Shown piece after piece: positions 10,381-19,658 of a stretch of DNA of 64,000 nt. The notes under the pieces are model-generated. The model ran no database searches and was not told where the DNA came from. It saw nothing but the letters and a program-made list of their open reading frames with translations. Positions within the stretch are counted from its first letter, which is position 1; every line of letters begins with the position of its first letter. The translations under genes were made by a program, and so were the position numbers. Source of the stretch: a virus (lineage: Duplodnaviria; Caudoviricetes); the IMG/VR virus record IMGVR_UViG_3300029305_005484, one strand, 5' to 3'.

Positions 10381-13300
10381 TTATTGCATATGACAGAAAT
10401 TAAATAAATCAGTTCTCTGACCTTTAATTACTGCAAAATAATCATTCAAAAGACCTGTGTCTCTTGATGTAATCATGTATTTAACAGGGTCGAATTTTCT
10501 GAACATCTCTTTTATGGCTGGATCCATCAATCCAATGATATTTAGAATATCACCATCAAAATCTGCGTTAAGCCCTGGTAAAATGCTTAATGGAACTGAC
10601 ATTGTATAGCATTCATGATCAGGTTTTACATTTCTGATGTTCATAAGAATTATTGAATAATAATTTCAAAGTAATTTATTTACTTCTGACTATATCTTCA
10701 TAATATATTCTGTTACCAAATATATTATGCCCTCCATTTCCACATATTTCTATATGTACTCTACTCACTTCTTCATATAGATATTTCTTCTATATTATGC
10801 TTTCGATAGTCGATGAGCGTTCTTCTTATAATTAATTATTTTTTGTATTTTTTTATTTCTTGTTTTAGTTCTTTTGACATTTTACGTGCTTTTTTAATTG
10901 CAGTATTTTTATATAAATCAACAAGACGTTTTTGTTCTAATTTATTTGCTATGTATCTTTTAACTTTATCAGATATATATAATTCAAGTAAAATACTCAT
11001 ATTAATACCTCCTTTAGTTGTTATAATTAATATAAGAAACTTCGTTGCGGATTGTTACATCTTTACTCTTTTTACTATACCTTTGGAATTATCCATTGCC
11101 ACTAAGTATATTACTATCTTAGTTTAGTAAGTAAAGATTATGTAAGTTTCCCGCAGTTAAAAGGGTTTTACAACACCAATTGTGTTTAGCGTTGGATTTC
11201 TGTTAATAATACATGATGGTTGTTCATTCTTAATGATTAATTGCATAATACTATAAATTCTTGGATCAAAGTTATATCCTTCTTCCCAAATAGTATTAGC
11301 CTGGGCTAACGAAATATTATGTATTGTTTTAAGGTAGTAGATGATTTTAAGTTTAAACATCACATAAAAACAACTATAACCTAAATCTATTTCGTTATCT
11401 TTTAATGTCGGGTCTGGAATAATTACGTTTATTTATATTTATATAGATTCGTTATTTCTATACTGGTTTAAAACCACTCTATATCACTATAGAGATTAGA
11501 CTATATCTTCATCCTCTTCACTATTACCATGAAGTAGGAGCTCCCCATTTCGAACTCACTTGAGTTCTACTCTACTCATTTATTCTCCTAAGTCTTTCTC
11601 TTAAGATATACTTTCGATAGTCGTTGAACCTTATGCCTCTATACTTAGTGTCTATGTGTGTAATTATCAATATTATATAATTTAGATATTTCACACCAAG
11701 ATTCTTTATTAAGAATTTTATAAATCATAGAATACGATAAACCAACCATTTTTGAAATTTCTTTCAAAGAATACATATTTGATGCTAGTAATTTACATAT
11801 AGTATGAATTTTCTCTTCTCTTTCAGAAAGTTCTTTTTCGGTTTTACCGTACATATAATTAGAAAAATCATAATTTGATGTTATATGTTTCCATGATTCT
11901 CCATGTAAAATATGTCGTATCATATCATATGTAACACCAGTTTCATTAGAAATTTCTTTTATACTCTTTTCATTTTCAACAAGTAACTCACATACATGAA
12001 TTACCATATCTTCAGAAAATATATGATTTGTTATATTTTCACCATAACGTGTTTGTTTAAGATTATTAACTCTAGCATGATAATCATTTTCTTTAGTTGT
12101 GACCCATTCTAAATTCCATACACATGGATTATGTTTATCTCCATCTTTATGATTAACTTCTGGTTTATTATCAGGATTTGGAATAAATGTTATTGCCACA
12201 AGTCTATGTAATAAAAATGTCATTGGTTTATCATCTATCCATAAATCAAGTTGTAAATAATCTCGTTTATTTATTTTTAGAAATGAACTTTTGTTTTTAA
12301 TTCCTCTATAATTTAAACTTAAAACTCTTCCATATGTAGATATTAAATATGGATAATATTTTTCATTTAATTTAAGTTGCTTAAATTTTTCACGTTTTTG
12401 ATGTCTATATTTCAATCTATAAATATTTTTTATCTTTTTATTTAATTCTTTTTTACTAAGTTTATTATACATATTCCTCCTTTCTAGTATAAAGGCATCT
12501 TGGCTGCTGATTGTCTCATTGAGAGTTTCCAGCAATTAGAGGAGTATTTTGTATCATATTTCTATGATAGCACGCAACGTAATTTACGTGCAGTAAAGTT
12601 GAGTGAGCCTCCAATAAGTTGATCTCTTATTAATCCATCTTTTGTATTAAGAAGTTCAAAATTAAACTCCCAAATAGCATTTGCTTTAGATTGAATTCTA
12701 TTTAAGATAACTGGAGTTTCAATTTCAACCGAATCTCTTAAGTTTCTTGCTAAGTTTACAGCAGTATTTATGTCTTTATCAATCCCAGTGAAATAAAAGT
12801 TTTCTGCTGTTATTGATTGCTGACGTAATAACGTTGTATAAACTGGTATATGTGAAGTAAATACTTTAAGTCTTTCTTCACTAACTAAATCAAATGTCTT
12901 TGCTTTAGCTGGTTTCTTTCTTTTATAGTATGCAATGATTTCATCAAATCGCATTCTAAATTCTTCGATTCCAATACCACAGAAAGGACTTTTCGGTTCA
13001 AAGTCTTTAAGTTCATCTTCAGATAAATCGACTCTTCTCCCATCTCGATCGACTTTCTTTTTCATGAAAATGATTTCTTGGAATTCATCTTTTCCAATTG
13101 CTGATTGTAAAATTCTGTAGTAATGTGGGGCAATAATCTTTTTATTCCCTAATGGAATCCAGCCTGTCATACGAGGATCTACATCTCTAAATTCAATTTT
13201 AGTTCCACATTTAGGACATGTTTCTCCTTCGAATATGGTTCCTTTAAATTCGCCACATTTACATCTGTAGCGTTCTTGAAATGATTGCTCATCTGAATAT

Positions 13301-13473
13301 GTTGTACCATATAACGGTGATTGGGGACCATATAAAGCTTTCTTCTTGTTTTCATCAATTTCTACTTCTGGTGGATCTACTATAAAAAACCCAGTTCCTG
13401 ATGCAACATCGGCGAAAGCATCGGCATCCCAATTTCGTCTGCTTACAACTGCTCGTCGTGTTCCCATATTCAT
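10381..13473 (-). CDS. rpoC: Phage RNA polymerase beta' N-terminal subunit, 3 exons (13473-12586, 11429-11188, 10666-10381; 471 aa spliced)
   Basis: Zn finger CKC...CPKC; joins restore GGSLNFTAR|NVIIPDP and NRNPTL|NYYSII; catalytic NADFDGD in exon 3; exons total 1416 nt, in frame. Confidence 0.93.
10667..11187 (-). ncRNA. Group I intron 2 of beta' gene (521 nt, ends in G)
   Basis: P1 CAACGCU / GGUGUUG with U-G at splice site; P7 elements CGACUAUCGAAA and AAGAUAUAGUC; terminal G at 10667. Confidence 0.88.
10836..11000 (-). CDS. 54-aa basic ORF inside intron 2
   Basis: AAGGAGG RBS then MSILLELYISDKVKRYIANKLEQKRLVDLYKNTAIKKARKMSKELKQEIKKYKK*. Confidence 0.6.
   Translation of the reverse strand: MSILLELYISDKVKRYIANKLEQKRLVDLYKNTAIKKARKMSKELKQEIKKYKK
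11430..12585 (-). ncRNA. Group I intron 1 of beta' gene (1156 nt, predicted terminal A)
   Basis: P1 GCACGU / GCGUGC with U-G; P10 AAUUACGUU pairs with 3' exon AACGUAAUU; core CAACGACUAUCGAAAG and AAGAUAUAGUC. Confidence 0.88.
11645..12472 (-). CDS. Intron-encoded HNH homing endonuclease with C-terminal HTH repeats
   Basis: ISTYGRV, HRLVAITFIPNPDNKPEVNHKDGDKHNPCVWNLEWVT; start revised to ATG 12472 after AAAGGAGG. Confidence 0.92.
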   Translation of the reverse strand: MYNKLSKKELNKKIKNIYRLKYRHQKREKFKQLKLNEKYYPYLISTYGRVLSLNYRGIKNKSSFLKINKRDYLQLDLWIDDKPMTFLLHRLVAITFIPNPDNKPEVNHKDGDKHNPCVWNLEWVTTKENDYHARVNNLKQTRYGENITNHIFSEDMVIHVCELLVENEKSIKEISNETGVTYDMIRHILHGESWKHITSNYDFSNYMYGKTEKELSEREEKIHTICKLLASNMYSLKEISKMVGLSYSMIYKILNKESWCEISKLYNIDNYTHRH

Positions 13474-13819
13474 TAATCTCCTTTCTTTTTATACCAAAAA
13501 ATAATATATCACTAATAGAATAATTTGGGATTATTAGTGATATATTTCAATTTACATTTATAATTAAGTTTTTAAATATATAAAAAATGAGATTCCTAAA
13601 TAAATAAGAATCTCATTTTATATATTAAAGTAATTGGTGCATACAGCACCACTAATAATTATACTAAGTATTTATCCATAATATAATTAAATTACTTCAA
13701 TAAATTCATATAAGAATAAAGGTTTTGACTTTAATAATGTATTTAAATACTTTATCTACTATAATAATATATCACTAAAATTATAATGAAAAATACGGTC
13801 TATATAAATTCTTAACGAA

Positions 13820-13831
13820 AACAATACACTA
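13820..13831 (+). promoter_or_regulatory. Late-type promoter AACA-N6-TA (representative copy)
   Basis: AACA-N6-TA also at 17162, 17212, 25156, 26562, 26963, 33659, 46641, 62698 (+) and 40810-40821, 46980-46991 (-); GACA/CACA variants near 40841, 45351, 47015, 61822; matches recalled AR9 late consensus. Confidence 0.8.
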
Positions 13832-13861
13832 AACATTAAATGAAAGGTGGGAAATACTATT

Positions 13862-14755
13862 ATGTGTCTAACCCCTAATAATATCGGTTTAATGTATATA
13901 TCCGAACAGGTATCTCCTGAAGATAATACAGTCACTAACTTAAAATACAATGATAAAACTGGTGTAAAATATGCTGAATTTGATACTGTTTTACAAACGT
14001 TTCGTTGTTTAAATAGAAATCATAGAAAGTATTGGGGACCTAATATCGCCGAAATGCTTAAAGCTGAGCGTATTGTAACTATGCTTAGAACTAATTCATG
14101 GTATGGCGAAATGGATCATCCATATCCAGTAAATAAAAAAGATGAATTATCATCTGAACGTATTCAAGCAATTGAAATGAGTCGTCGTTCTCATAAGATT
14201 TTAAGACCTGTAGTAAATGGAGACATTTTAAGAGGTACAATTCAAACTGCATCTGGTACAGAAGCTGGTAGAGGTTTCTGTGATGAGATTATCCAAGGTT
14301 TAATTCCATCATTCAGTTGTAGAGCAATTGCTGGTCTTGGTGAAATTAATGGTGATATTTATGTACTTGCAAGAAAACTCATTACATATGACTGGGTACT
14401 TTATCCTAGTCATCATGATGCAAACATGGATAGTGAACCTAAATTTATTTCTAAATCAGCGTCCCTTACAATGCTCGAATCAGCAGGTGTTGATGTTGGT
14501 TCTCAACTCAAAGATATTAGAGAACGTTATACAAAAGACGTATTTATTCCATTAGAAGAAATTCTTGCTTATACTGGAAGAAAAGACGTTAATACAAACA
14601 TGATTATGGAATCATTTGGATTGTCATTGAGTGATATTCAAGGATTTGATTCTGCAATTAATCATGTCATTATCAAAGATGGTGATAATAAAATTTTTGC
14701 TAAGATTTCACCAGAAACTCAAAGAGAAGTTAAGACATACTTAAGTTCATTCTAA
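13862..14755 (+). CDS. Prohead (head maturation) protease, T4 gp21/phiKZ gp175-like
   Basis: NRNHRKY, GEMDHP, PSFSCRA, ITYDWVLYPSH; start revised to ATG 13862 after GAAAGGTGG. Confidence 0.88.
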   Translation: MCLTPNNIGLMYISEQVSPEDNTVTNLKYNDKTGVKYAEFDTVLQTFRCLNRNHRKYWGPNIAEMLKAERIVTMLRTNSWYGEMDHPYPVNKKDELSSERIQAIEMSRRSHKILRPVVNGDILRGTIQTASGTEAGRGFCDEIIQGLIPSFSCRAIAGLGEINGDIYVLARKLITYDWVLYPSHHDANMDSEPKFISKSASLTMLESAGVDVGSQLKDIRERYTKDVFIPLEEILAYTGRKDVNTNMIMESFGLSLSDIQGFDSAINHVIIKDGDNKIFAKISPETQREVKTYLSSF

Positions 14756-14769
14756 AGGAGAGATTTGCC

Positions 14770-16047
14770 ATGGGAAGAAAATACATTCCAACTACAGCAG
14801 CAAATGGTGAAATTGTATATACAAAGAAAAATGATTTCAAAGCAGCTGCTAAAGAAATTATGAATAGAGGTAAAGATGTTCCTTCTATGGTACAATCTAT
14901 TACTTCAGATTTAAAAGATGCTGTTGAATATCGTAAAACTATTAGTAGACAAGCATTAGATCATAGAATGCCAGCAGAAAAAGGTGTTCAATACAAAGGT
15001 CGTATGGAAGATCTTAATAAAATTCAAAAAGAAATTAATATGCTGGTTAATAAATTAAAAAGATATGGCGTTAGGGTTAATAAACAAGCATTAGCTCATG
15101 ACAAAGTCGTATATGAAGGAGGACATTTAACAATGTTTACAACTGAAGATTTAAAACGTATGAAACTTGATATTTTTGAAGAGAACGTTGCTAACAAAAT
15201 TAGTGATGATCTTAGAGATTATATGTTGATTGTAATTGAATCTACCATGGATCAAGTAGTTCGTACACAAACATATTTAGAAAAAGTAGAAGAAGTTATT
15301 AATGGACAAAGAGAACACTTTGTTGCTTTTGTAACAGAATCTCATAATGAAGGTTTAATATCAGCACTTCAAAAAGAAGTATTACTTGAAATGGCTGAAG
15401 ATGACTTTATGTTTGAAGCTCCTACACCAGATAAACTTCCAGAATTAGTTCAATCATTCCTTGAAGCAGCTGAAGCTGGAGATGAAGACAAGAAAGCAGC
15501 AATCAAAGAACAAATCGATGTTGCTAAATCACTTAAAGAAATTGAAGGTGGAAGTACAGATAAAGCACCAGTAGATAACAAAGAAGGTGCTGTTACTGAA
15601 GGGGCAAAGGAAGAGTGCTCAATTGTTGAGAAACTTGAAGCTCTTAAAGTTAAATTAAGCGATGAAGAACGTGCTATAGCAGAAAAATTTGATGAACTCA
15701 TTGCTAATGGTGGTGAAGAACCTGTAAAAGAAGAACAAAAAGAAGAAGATACAAAAGAAGATGATCCTAAAACAGAGGAACCAAAAGAAGAACCAAAAGA
15801 AGAAGAACCGGTTAAAGAATCTACAGAAGAACCTGTAGTTGAAGAGCCGGTTACAGAAGAACCTACTACAGTAGTAGAGTCTGAAGTACAACCTCTTGAA
15901 AATTCTGTTGTGGTTGAATCTACTATTGAATCTTCTTTATCAAAAGAAGAAGGAGACTCTCTTCTTGCATATGTAAAAGAATCAGTAGCAGATGGTGTTT
16001 ATAGTGAAGAAGATGCTGCACGTATCGAAAAGATGTTAAAATTATAA
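14770..16047 (+). CDS. Probable inner-head/scaffold protein
   Basis: Follows protease; Glu-rich, many VxE-S/G motifs; three copies of a shared helical motif. Confidence 0.6.
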   Translation: MGRKYIPTTAANGEIVYTKKNDFKAAAKEIMNRGKDVPSMVQSITSDLKDAVEYRKTISRQALDHRMPAEKGVQYKGRMEDLNKIQKEINMLVNKLKRYGVRVNKQALAHDKVVYEGGHLTMFTTEDLKRMKLDIFEENVANKISDDLRDYMLIVIESTMDQVVRTQTYLEKVEEVINGQREHFVAFVTESHNEGLISALQKEVLLEMAEDDFMFEAPTPDKLPELVQSFLEAAEAGDEDKKAAIKEQIDVAKSLKEIEGGSTDKAPVDNKEGAVTEGAKEECSIVEKLEALKVKLSDEERAIAEKFDELIANGGEEPVKEEQKEEDTKEDDPKTEEPKEEPKEEEPVKESTEEPVVEEPVTEEPTTVVESEVQPLENSVVVESTIESSLSKEEGDSLLAYVKESVADGVYSEEDAARIEKMLKL

Positions 16048-16055
16048 AAAATATA

Positions 16056-16095
16056 AAAAATAAGATACTAAGGATTTCCTTAGTATCTTATTTTT
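16056..16095. terminator. Bidirectional terminator
   Basis: AAAAATAAGATACTAAGG / CCTTAGTATCTTATTTTT. Confidence 0.85.
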
Positions 16096-16101
16096 ATCTT
16101 A

Positions 16102-16275
16102 TTATTTTTCTTTAACATCAGTCATTTTATCTTCTGTTTTAGAAGATTTTGAACTGAATGCTTTTACTGCAGCTAATGCTCCACCAGCTAATACAGCTGC
16201 ACCGCCTGTAATAATACCTGCTGTTGTAAGATTCTTTTTCATTTCTCTTTGTGCACGTCTTTTACTTGCTTTCAT
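16102..16275 (-). CDS. Small membrane protein (start revised to MKASKRR)
   Basis: AAGGAGGTGA RBS; Gly/Ala-rich hydrophobic helix. Confidence 0.7.
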   Translation of the reverse strand: MKASKRRAQREMKKNLTTAGIITGGAAVLAGGALAAVKAFSSKSSKTEDKMTDVKEK

Positions 16276-16480
16276 CTTCTTCACCTCCTTTAGTTGAATC
16301 AAAGTCTTTATAATAAGGGACACCATCTTTGATACCTTTATCAGTCAAAACTTTACTGATTTGATATCCAATGTATCCAACTACTCCTAAGATGATGTAA
16401 ACCCATGAATTCTTTTTTACGTGTTTACAAATTTTTGACCCTGTACTTTTTGCATTCATGATAAAATCTTTCATATTCAT
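16262..16480 (-). CDS. Small single-TM protein
   Basis: WVYIILGVVGYIGY; AAGGAG RBS. Confidence 0.7.
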   Translation of the reverse strand: MNMKDFIMNAKSTGSKICKHVKKNSWVYIILGVVGYIGYQISKVLTDKGIKDGVPYYKDFDSTKGGEEDESK

Positions 16481-16545
16481 AATCTCCTTTTAATGTAAAT
16501 TTTAGATGAGTATGGATTATATAAATTCCCATACTCATCTAATAA

Positions 16546-16950
16546 TTATTCAGCATCTGTTGTTTCCTCAACAGTTTCTGCAGCTGGATTTTTGTCTTTG
16601 CATTCATTTTCACAATTACATTTTTTCTCTTGATTTCCAAGATCTAATGTAATCACATGAATAGGAACTGCTGTACCACAAACACACTTTGGTGCCTTTG
16701 CTTTTGGCTCTTCCTTTGTAATGAGACATCTAACTTTTTCAACAGCAGTATAAACACCATTTGCAACAAGATCTACTGCTCCATGTACTACATCAAGTGT
16801 TAATGAAGTTGTAACATTAACAGCTGTATCATATGCGATGTTGTTAACTGTTTTTCTAAGTCTTCTCTTTTGAGCTTTAGAAAGTTTTACTTTCTTAGCA
16901 ACTGTTTTAACAAATGCTGGCTTCTTTGTTCTCTTAACAGATTTTTTCAT
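16546..16950 (-). CDS. Hypothetical protein, basic N-terminus
   Basis: 134 aa, AAAGGAG RBS, early motif at 17045. Confidence 0.75.
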   Translation of the reverse strand: MKKSVKRTKKPAFVKTVAKKVKLSKAQKRRLRKTVNNIAYDTAVNVTTSLTLDVVHGAVDLVANGVYTAVEKVRCLITKEEPKAKAPKCVCGTAVPIHVITLDLGNQEKKCNCENECKDKNPAAETVEETTDAE

Positions 16951-17277
16951 ATCGGTTCTCCTTTCCTCTTAGATAAAATCTTCTAAGATATTTTTTAAAA
17001 ATTTGTATTATTAATATAAATTAATAATTCAATGATTCACAAAAATAATATATGTTTATTTTTCAAGCTATTTTTCATGAAAATAAATCACATGATTACT
17101 TTTAAATATATAGTAAGAATTAAATTTATTTTTAATTTTAAATCATAAAAATAATATTTGAAACAGTTTTGTAATAGAAGTGAATAAATTAATACACTAG
17201 TTTATTCCAAAAACATTAATTTAATTAGAGATAACTAATTATTTTAAATAATTAAAATATGAAAGGAAGTAAAAATC

Positions 17278-17961
17278 ATGAGTTTTCTTGATAAATTAAG
17301 AGAGCCACTTCCTTCTTCTGTAGAAGAACCGGTAGTGGAATCTGCTATTGAAAATCCGGTTATTGAAGAACCAGAGGTTACTGAACCAGTTACAGAATCA
17401 CCGGATGATATTACAATTGATGCTGGAGAAGATCCTGTTTTGGATGATCCAGAATTCAAAGATGATTTGGAAAAACCTGAAAGTTTTGAACTTACTCCAG
17501 AAGAAGAAGCAGAAGCTGATTCAATTATTAATATTGCAGCTACACCTGTAATTCTTAAAGAAGTTCTTACACAAGAAGCAGTTGATGCTTTTGTAGAATC
17601 AGCTGATTTTGATATTGCTGTTAGTGAAGGATTTGCACTTGAAGGTACAAAAGATAACTTTACATCAGTAACAGGCGAATTATTTACAGAAGCTAAGTTC
17701 TATTCAAAGAACCAAGTACGTTTCACAAAAGAAGCAAGAACAAATCAATTATTTGAAATTTGTGTTCAGGCTATTGCACGTGCTAAAAATGATCCAGTTT
17801 ATACAAAACTGGCTAAGGTTCAGGAACTTAGAAGAAAATTAAAAGCAGTACTTCGTCAAAGATATAAAGCTCCTGCTATGAAGAAAGCAAAAGAATATAT
17901 CGTAAGATTAAGACGTAGTAAATCTGCAACAATTGCGAATGCAGCAAAGAAAATTGGTTAA
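17278..17961 (+). CDS. Probable head protein (acidic propeptide, basic C-terminal domain)
   Basis: Two late motifs upstream; acidic N-terminus to FTE|AK, then Lys/Arg-rich. Confidence 0.6.
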   Translation: MSFLDKLREPLPSSVEEPVVESAIENPVIEEPEVTEPVTESPDDITIDAGEDPVLDDPEFKDDLEKPESFELTPEEEAEADSIINIAATPVILKEVLTQEAVDAFVESADFDIAVSEGFALEGTKDNFTSVTGELFTEAKFYSKNQVRFTKEARTNQLFEICVQAIARAKNDPVYTKLAKVQELRRKLKAVLRQRYKAPAMKKAKEYIVRLRRSKSATIANAAKKIG

Positions 17962-18048
17962 AATACCTCGTTGAAGATAGGATTGGGCTTTTTGTCATGT
18001 GCCTACCTACAGGTAGAAACCTCCGTTTCTTTTAATTTTAAACTGACC

Positions 18049-18090
18049 TAAAATATCCTAGGAGTTCTGAAATGCTCCTAGGATATTTTA
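18049..18090. terminator. Bidirectional terminator
   Basis: TAAAATATCCTAGGAG / CTCCTAGGATATTTTA. Confidence 0.85.
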
Positions 18091-18117
18091 CCCAAAAAAA
18101 GAAGAGTGATAAAATTA

Positions 18118-18618
18118 TCACTCTTCTTTTTTAGCAATTCCAATAATTGTATTGGTAGTACTATCAAGTACTCTAATTCCTACTGCAGGTAATCCTAACT
18201 TGATTGCACGATTGTATTCTTGTACAAGATAGATATATCCTGTATGATTATCAAGATAATCTGCATCATATTCTTTTGCATATTCATAAATATCAAATCC
18301 AGATTTTTTCTTTTCTTTAGAAGTGCTTAACTGTCCTACAGGGGTTGTTTTTTCATTCTTTTCAAGAATACTTTTTAATGTCCCAATAATATCAGATGCA
18401 AACGCTGAAGCAAATTTGACTTCTTCACAAACTTCCTTAAGAGGTTTATTTTCAACTACATATAAGTTATAAAACTTATTGTATTGACTATTTGTGTTGA
18501 TATCTTTAGGTTTAAATGGTGAGTTATTTAATAACTTAACTAACATATCATCAGAAACACCTAAAGACTCTTTCAATGTACCAGGAAATTCGTCTAATGC
18601 TCTTAATATCTTACTCAT
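18118..18618 (-). CDS. Hypothetical protein
   Basis: 166-aa ORF. Confidence 0.75.
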   Translation of the reverse strand: MSKILRALDEFPGTLKESLGVSDDMLVKLLNNSPFKPKDINTNSQYNKFYNLYVVENKPLKEVCEEVKFASAFASDIIGTLKSILEKNEKTTPVGQLSTSKEKKKSGFDIYEYAKEYDADYLDNHTGYIYLVQEYNRAIKLGLPAVGIRVLDSTTNTIIGIAKKEE

Positions 18619-18850
18619 ACTAATACCTTTTGGCTCTTGATATTATCTCCACCTATATAATATTTTTTGTTGACGATTATTTTTATTACGTCACACTATG
18701 AAGTTTTTATATGTGTAGATGTTTAATTTCTACTCATATTCATAAAAAATATTATATCATTATTTAATTTAAATTTACTAAGTAAAATTTAATTTATTCA
18801 TTCAGAAATATATTATTTCTTTGAATAAATTAAAAAGGAGATTTAATATT

Positions 18851-19156
18851 ATGGGTAAGAAAAACAAGAAAAAACATCAATATTCTGATGAAAATGAAAT
18901 TCTTAATTATATTAAGAAAAGTAAGTTAACAGAAATGGCAGACCAGATTGAGGAGTTTGTTGAATTTACAGATAAGTTTTTATTTATCGAAGGTGTCACA
19001 GATGAAGAATATAAAAAAATCATGAAGCATATAAGAAAAGCAGTAAAAAGACTTCGTAAAGGTGAAGAACTTGAAAAAGTATTTGATGTTGAAAAGATTG
19101 AAGAGTGTTATCAAGAAGATCCCTCATTCGCGGCAGAATATATGGAGATTGATTAG
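18851..19156 (+). CDS. Hypothetical protein (start revised to MGKKNKK)
   Basis: AAGGAG RBS, early motif at 18808. Confidence 0.75.
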   Translation: MGKKNKKKHQYSDENEILNYIKKSKLTEMADQIEEFVEFTDKFLFIEGVTDEEYKKIMKHIRKAVKRLRKGEELEKVFDVEKIEECYQEDPSFAAEYMEID

Positions 19157-19158
19157 AT

Positions 19159-19605
19159 ATGAAGTATTATCTTATATATCTTAAACCTAATACAGAACTT
19201 TATGGATTCACATCAGAAAAGGATTATTTTGAAACATTTATGCTTCAAAGGAACTCAGAAAAGTTTTTAGTAAAAAAAGAAAAAATAACTGGTGAAGAAG
19301 AAAAAAGATTTCTTTATTTAAATCATAATAAAATGATTAAACCATATCCTTATCAACATAATACAGGTGATAAAGAGTATACTATGTTAATGGCTACTGC
19401 TGATGAAGATAATAGACTAGATATGGAAGTTGAAAAAATGAATACTATGGTTGTTGATATAGAATGTATGAGAAATGCTATTCCATTTAAAGATAAATAT
19501 GAATTATCTATTGATAATCTTACTGATATTTATGATGAGAATGGTCATATATTAATAGATTCTTTATCATTATTTATTGATTTAAATAAAGAAACTTTTA
19601 TTTGA
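19159..19605 (+). CDS. Hypothetical protein, paralog of 39177-39767
   Basis: Shared LY[GA][FY]TxxK...FMxxRxxxKF motif. Confidence 0.75.
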   Translation: MKYYLIYLKPNTELYGFTSEKDYFETFMLQRNSEKFLVKKEKITGEEEKRFLYLNHNKMIKPYPYQHNTGDKEYTMLMATADEDNRLDMEVEKMNTMVVDIECMRNAIPFKDKYELSIDNLTDIYDENGHILIDSLSLFIDLNKETFI

Positions 19606-19658
19606 TTATATATATATATTGAAAATAAAGTTCTAAACCACACTCAATTAAGTAAATT

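Noticed and set aside
10813-11127. Plus-strand 104-aa ORF
   Set aside because: Antisense shadow of intron 2 and its internal ORF
11157-11363. Stand-alone 68-aa gene (also 10381-10644 and 12562-13473)
   Set aside because: These are exon fragments of the spliced beta' gene
17962-18048. tRNA or sRNA in a comparatively GC-rich 3' region
   Set aside because: No cloverleaf or T-loop and no dedicated promoter; treated as 3' UTR. No tRNA or rRNA recognised anywhere in the window
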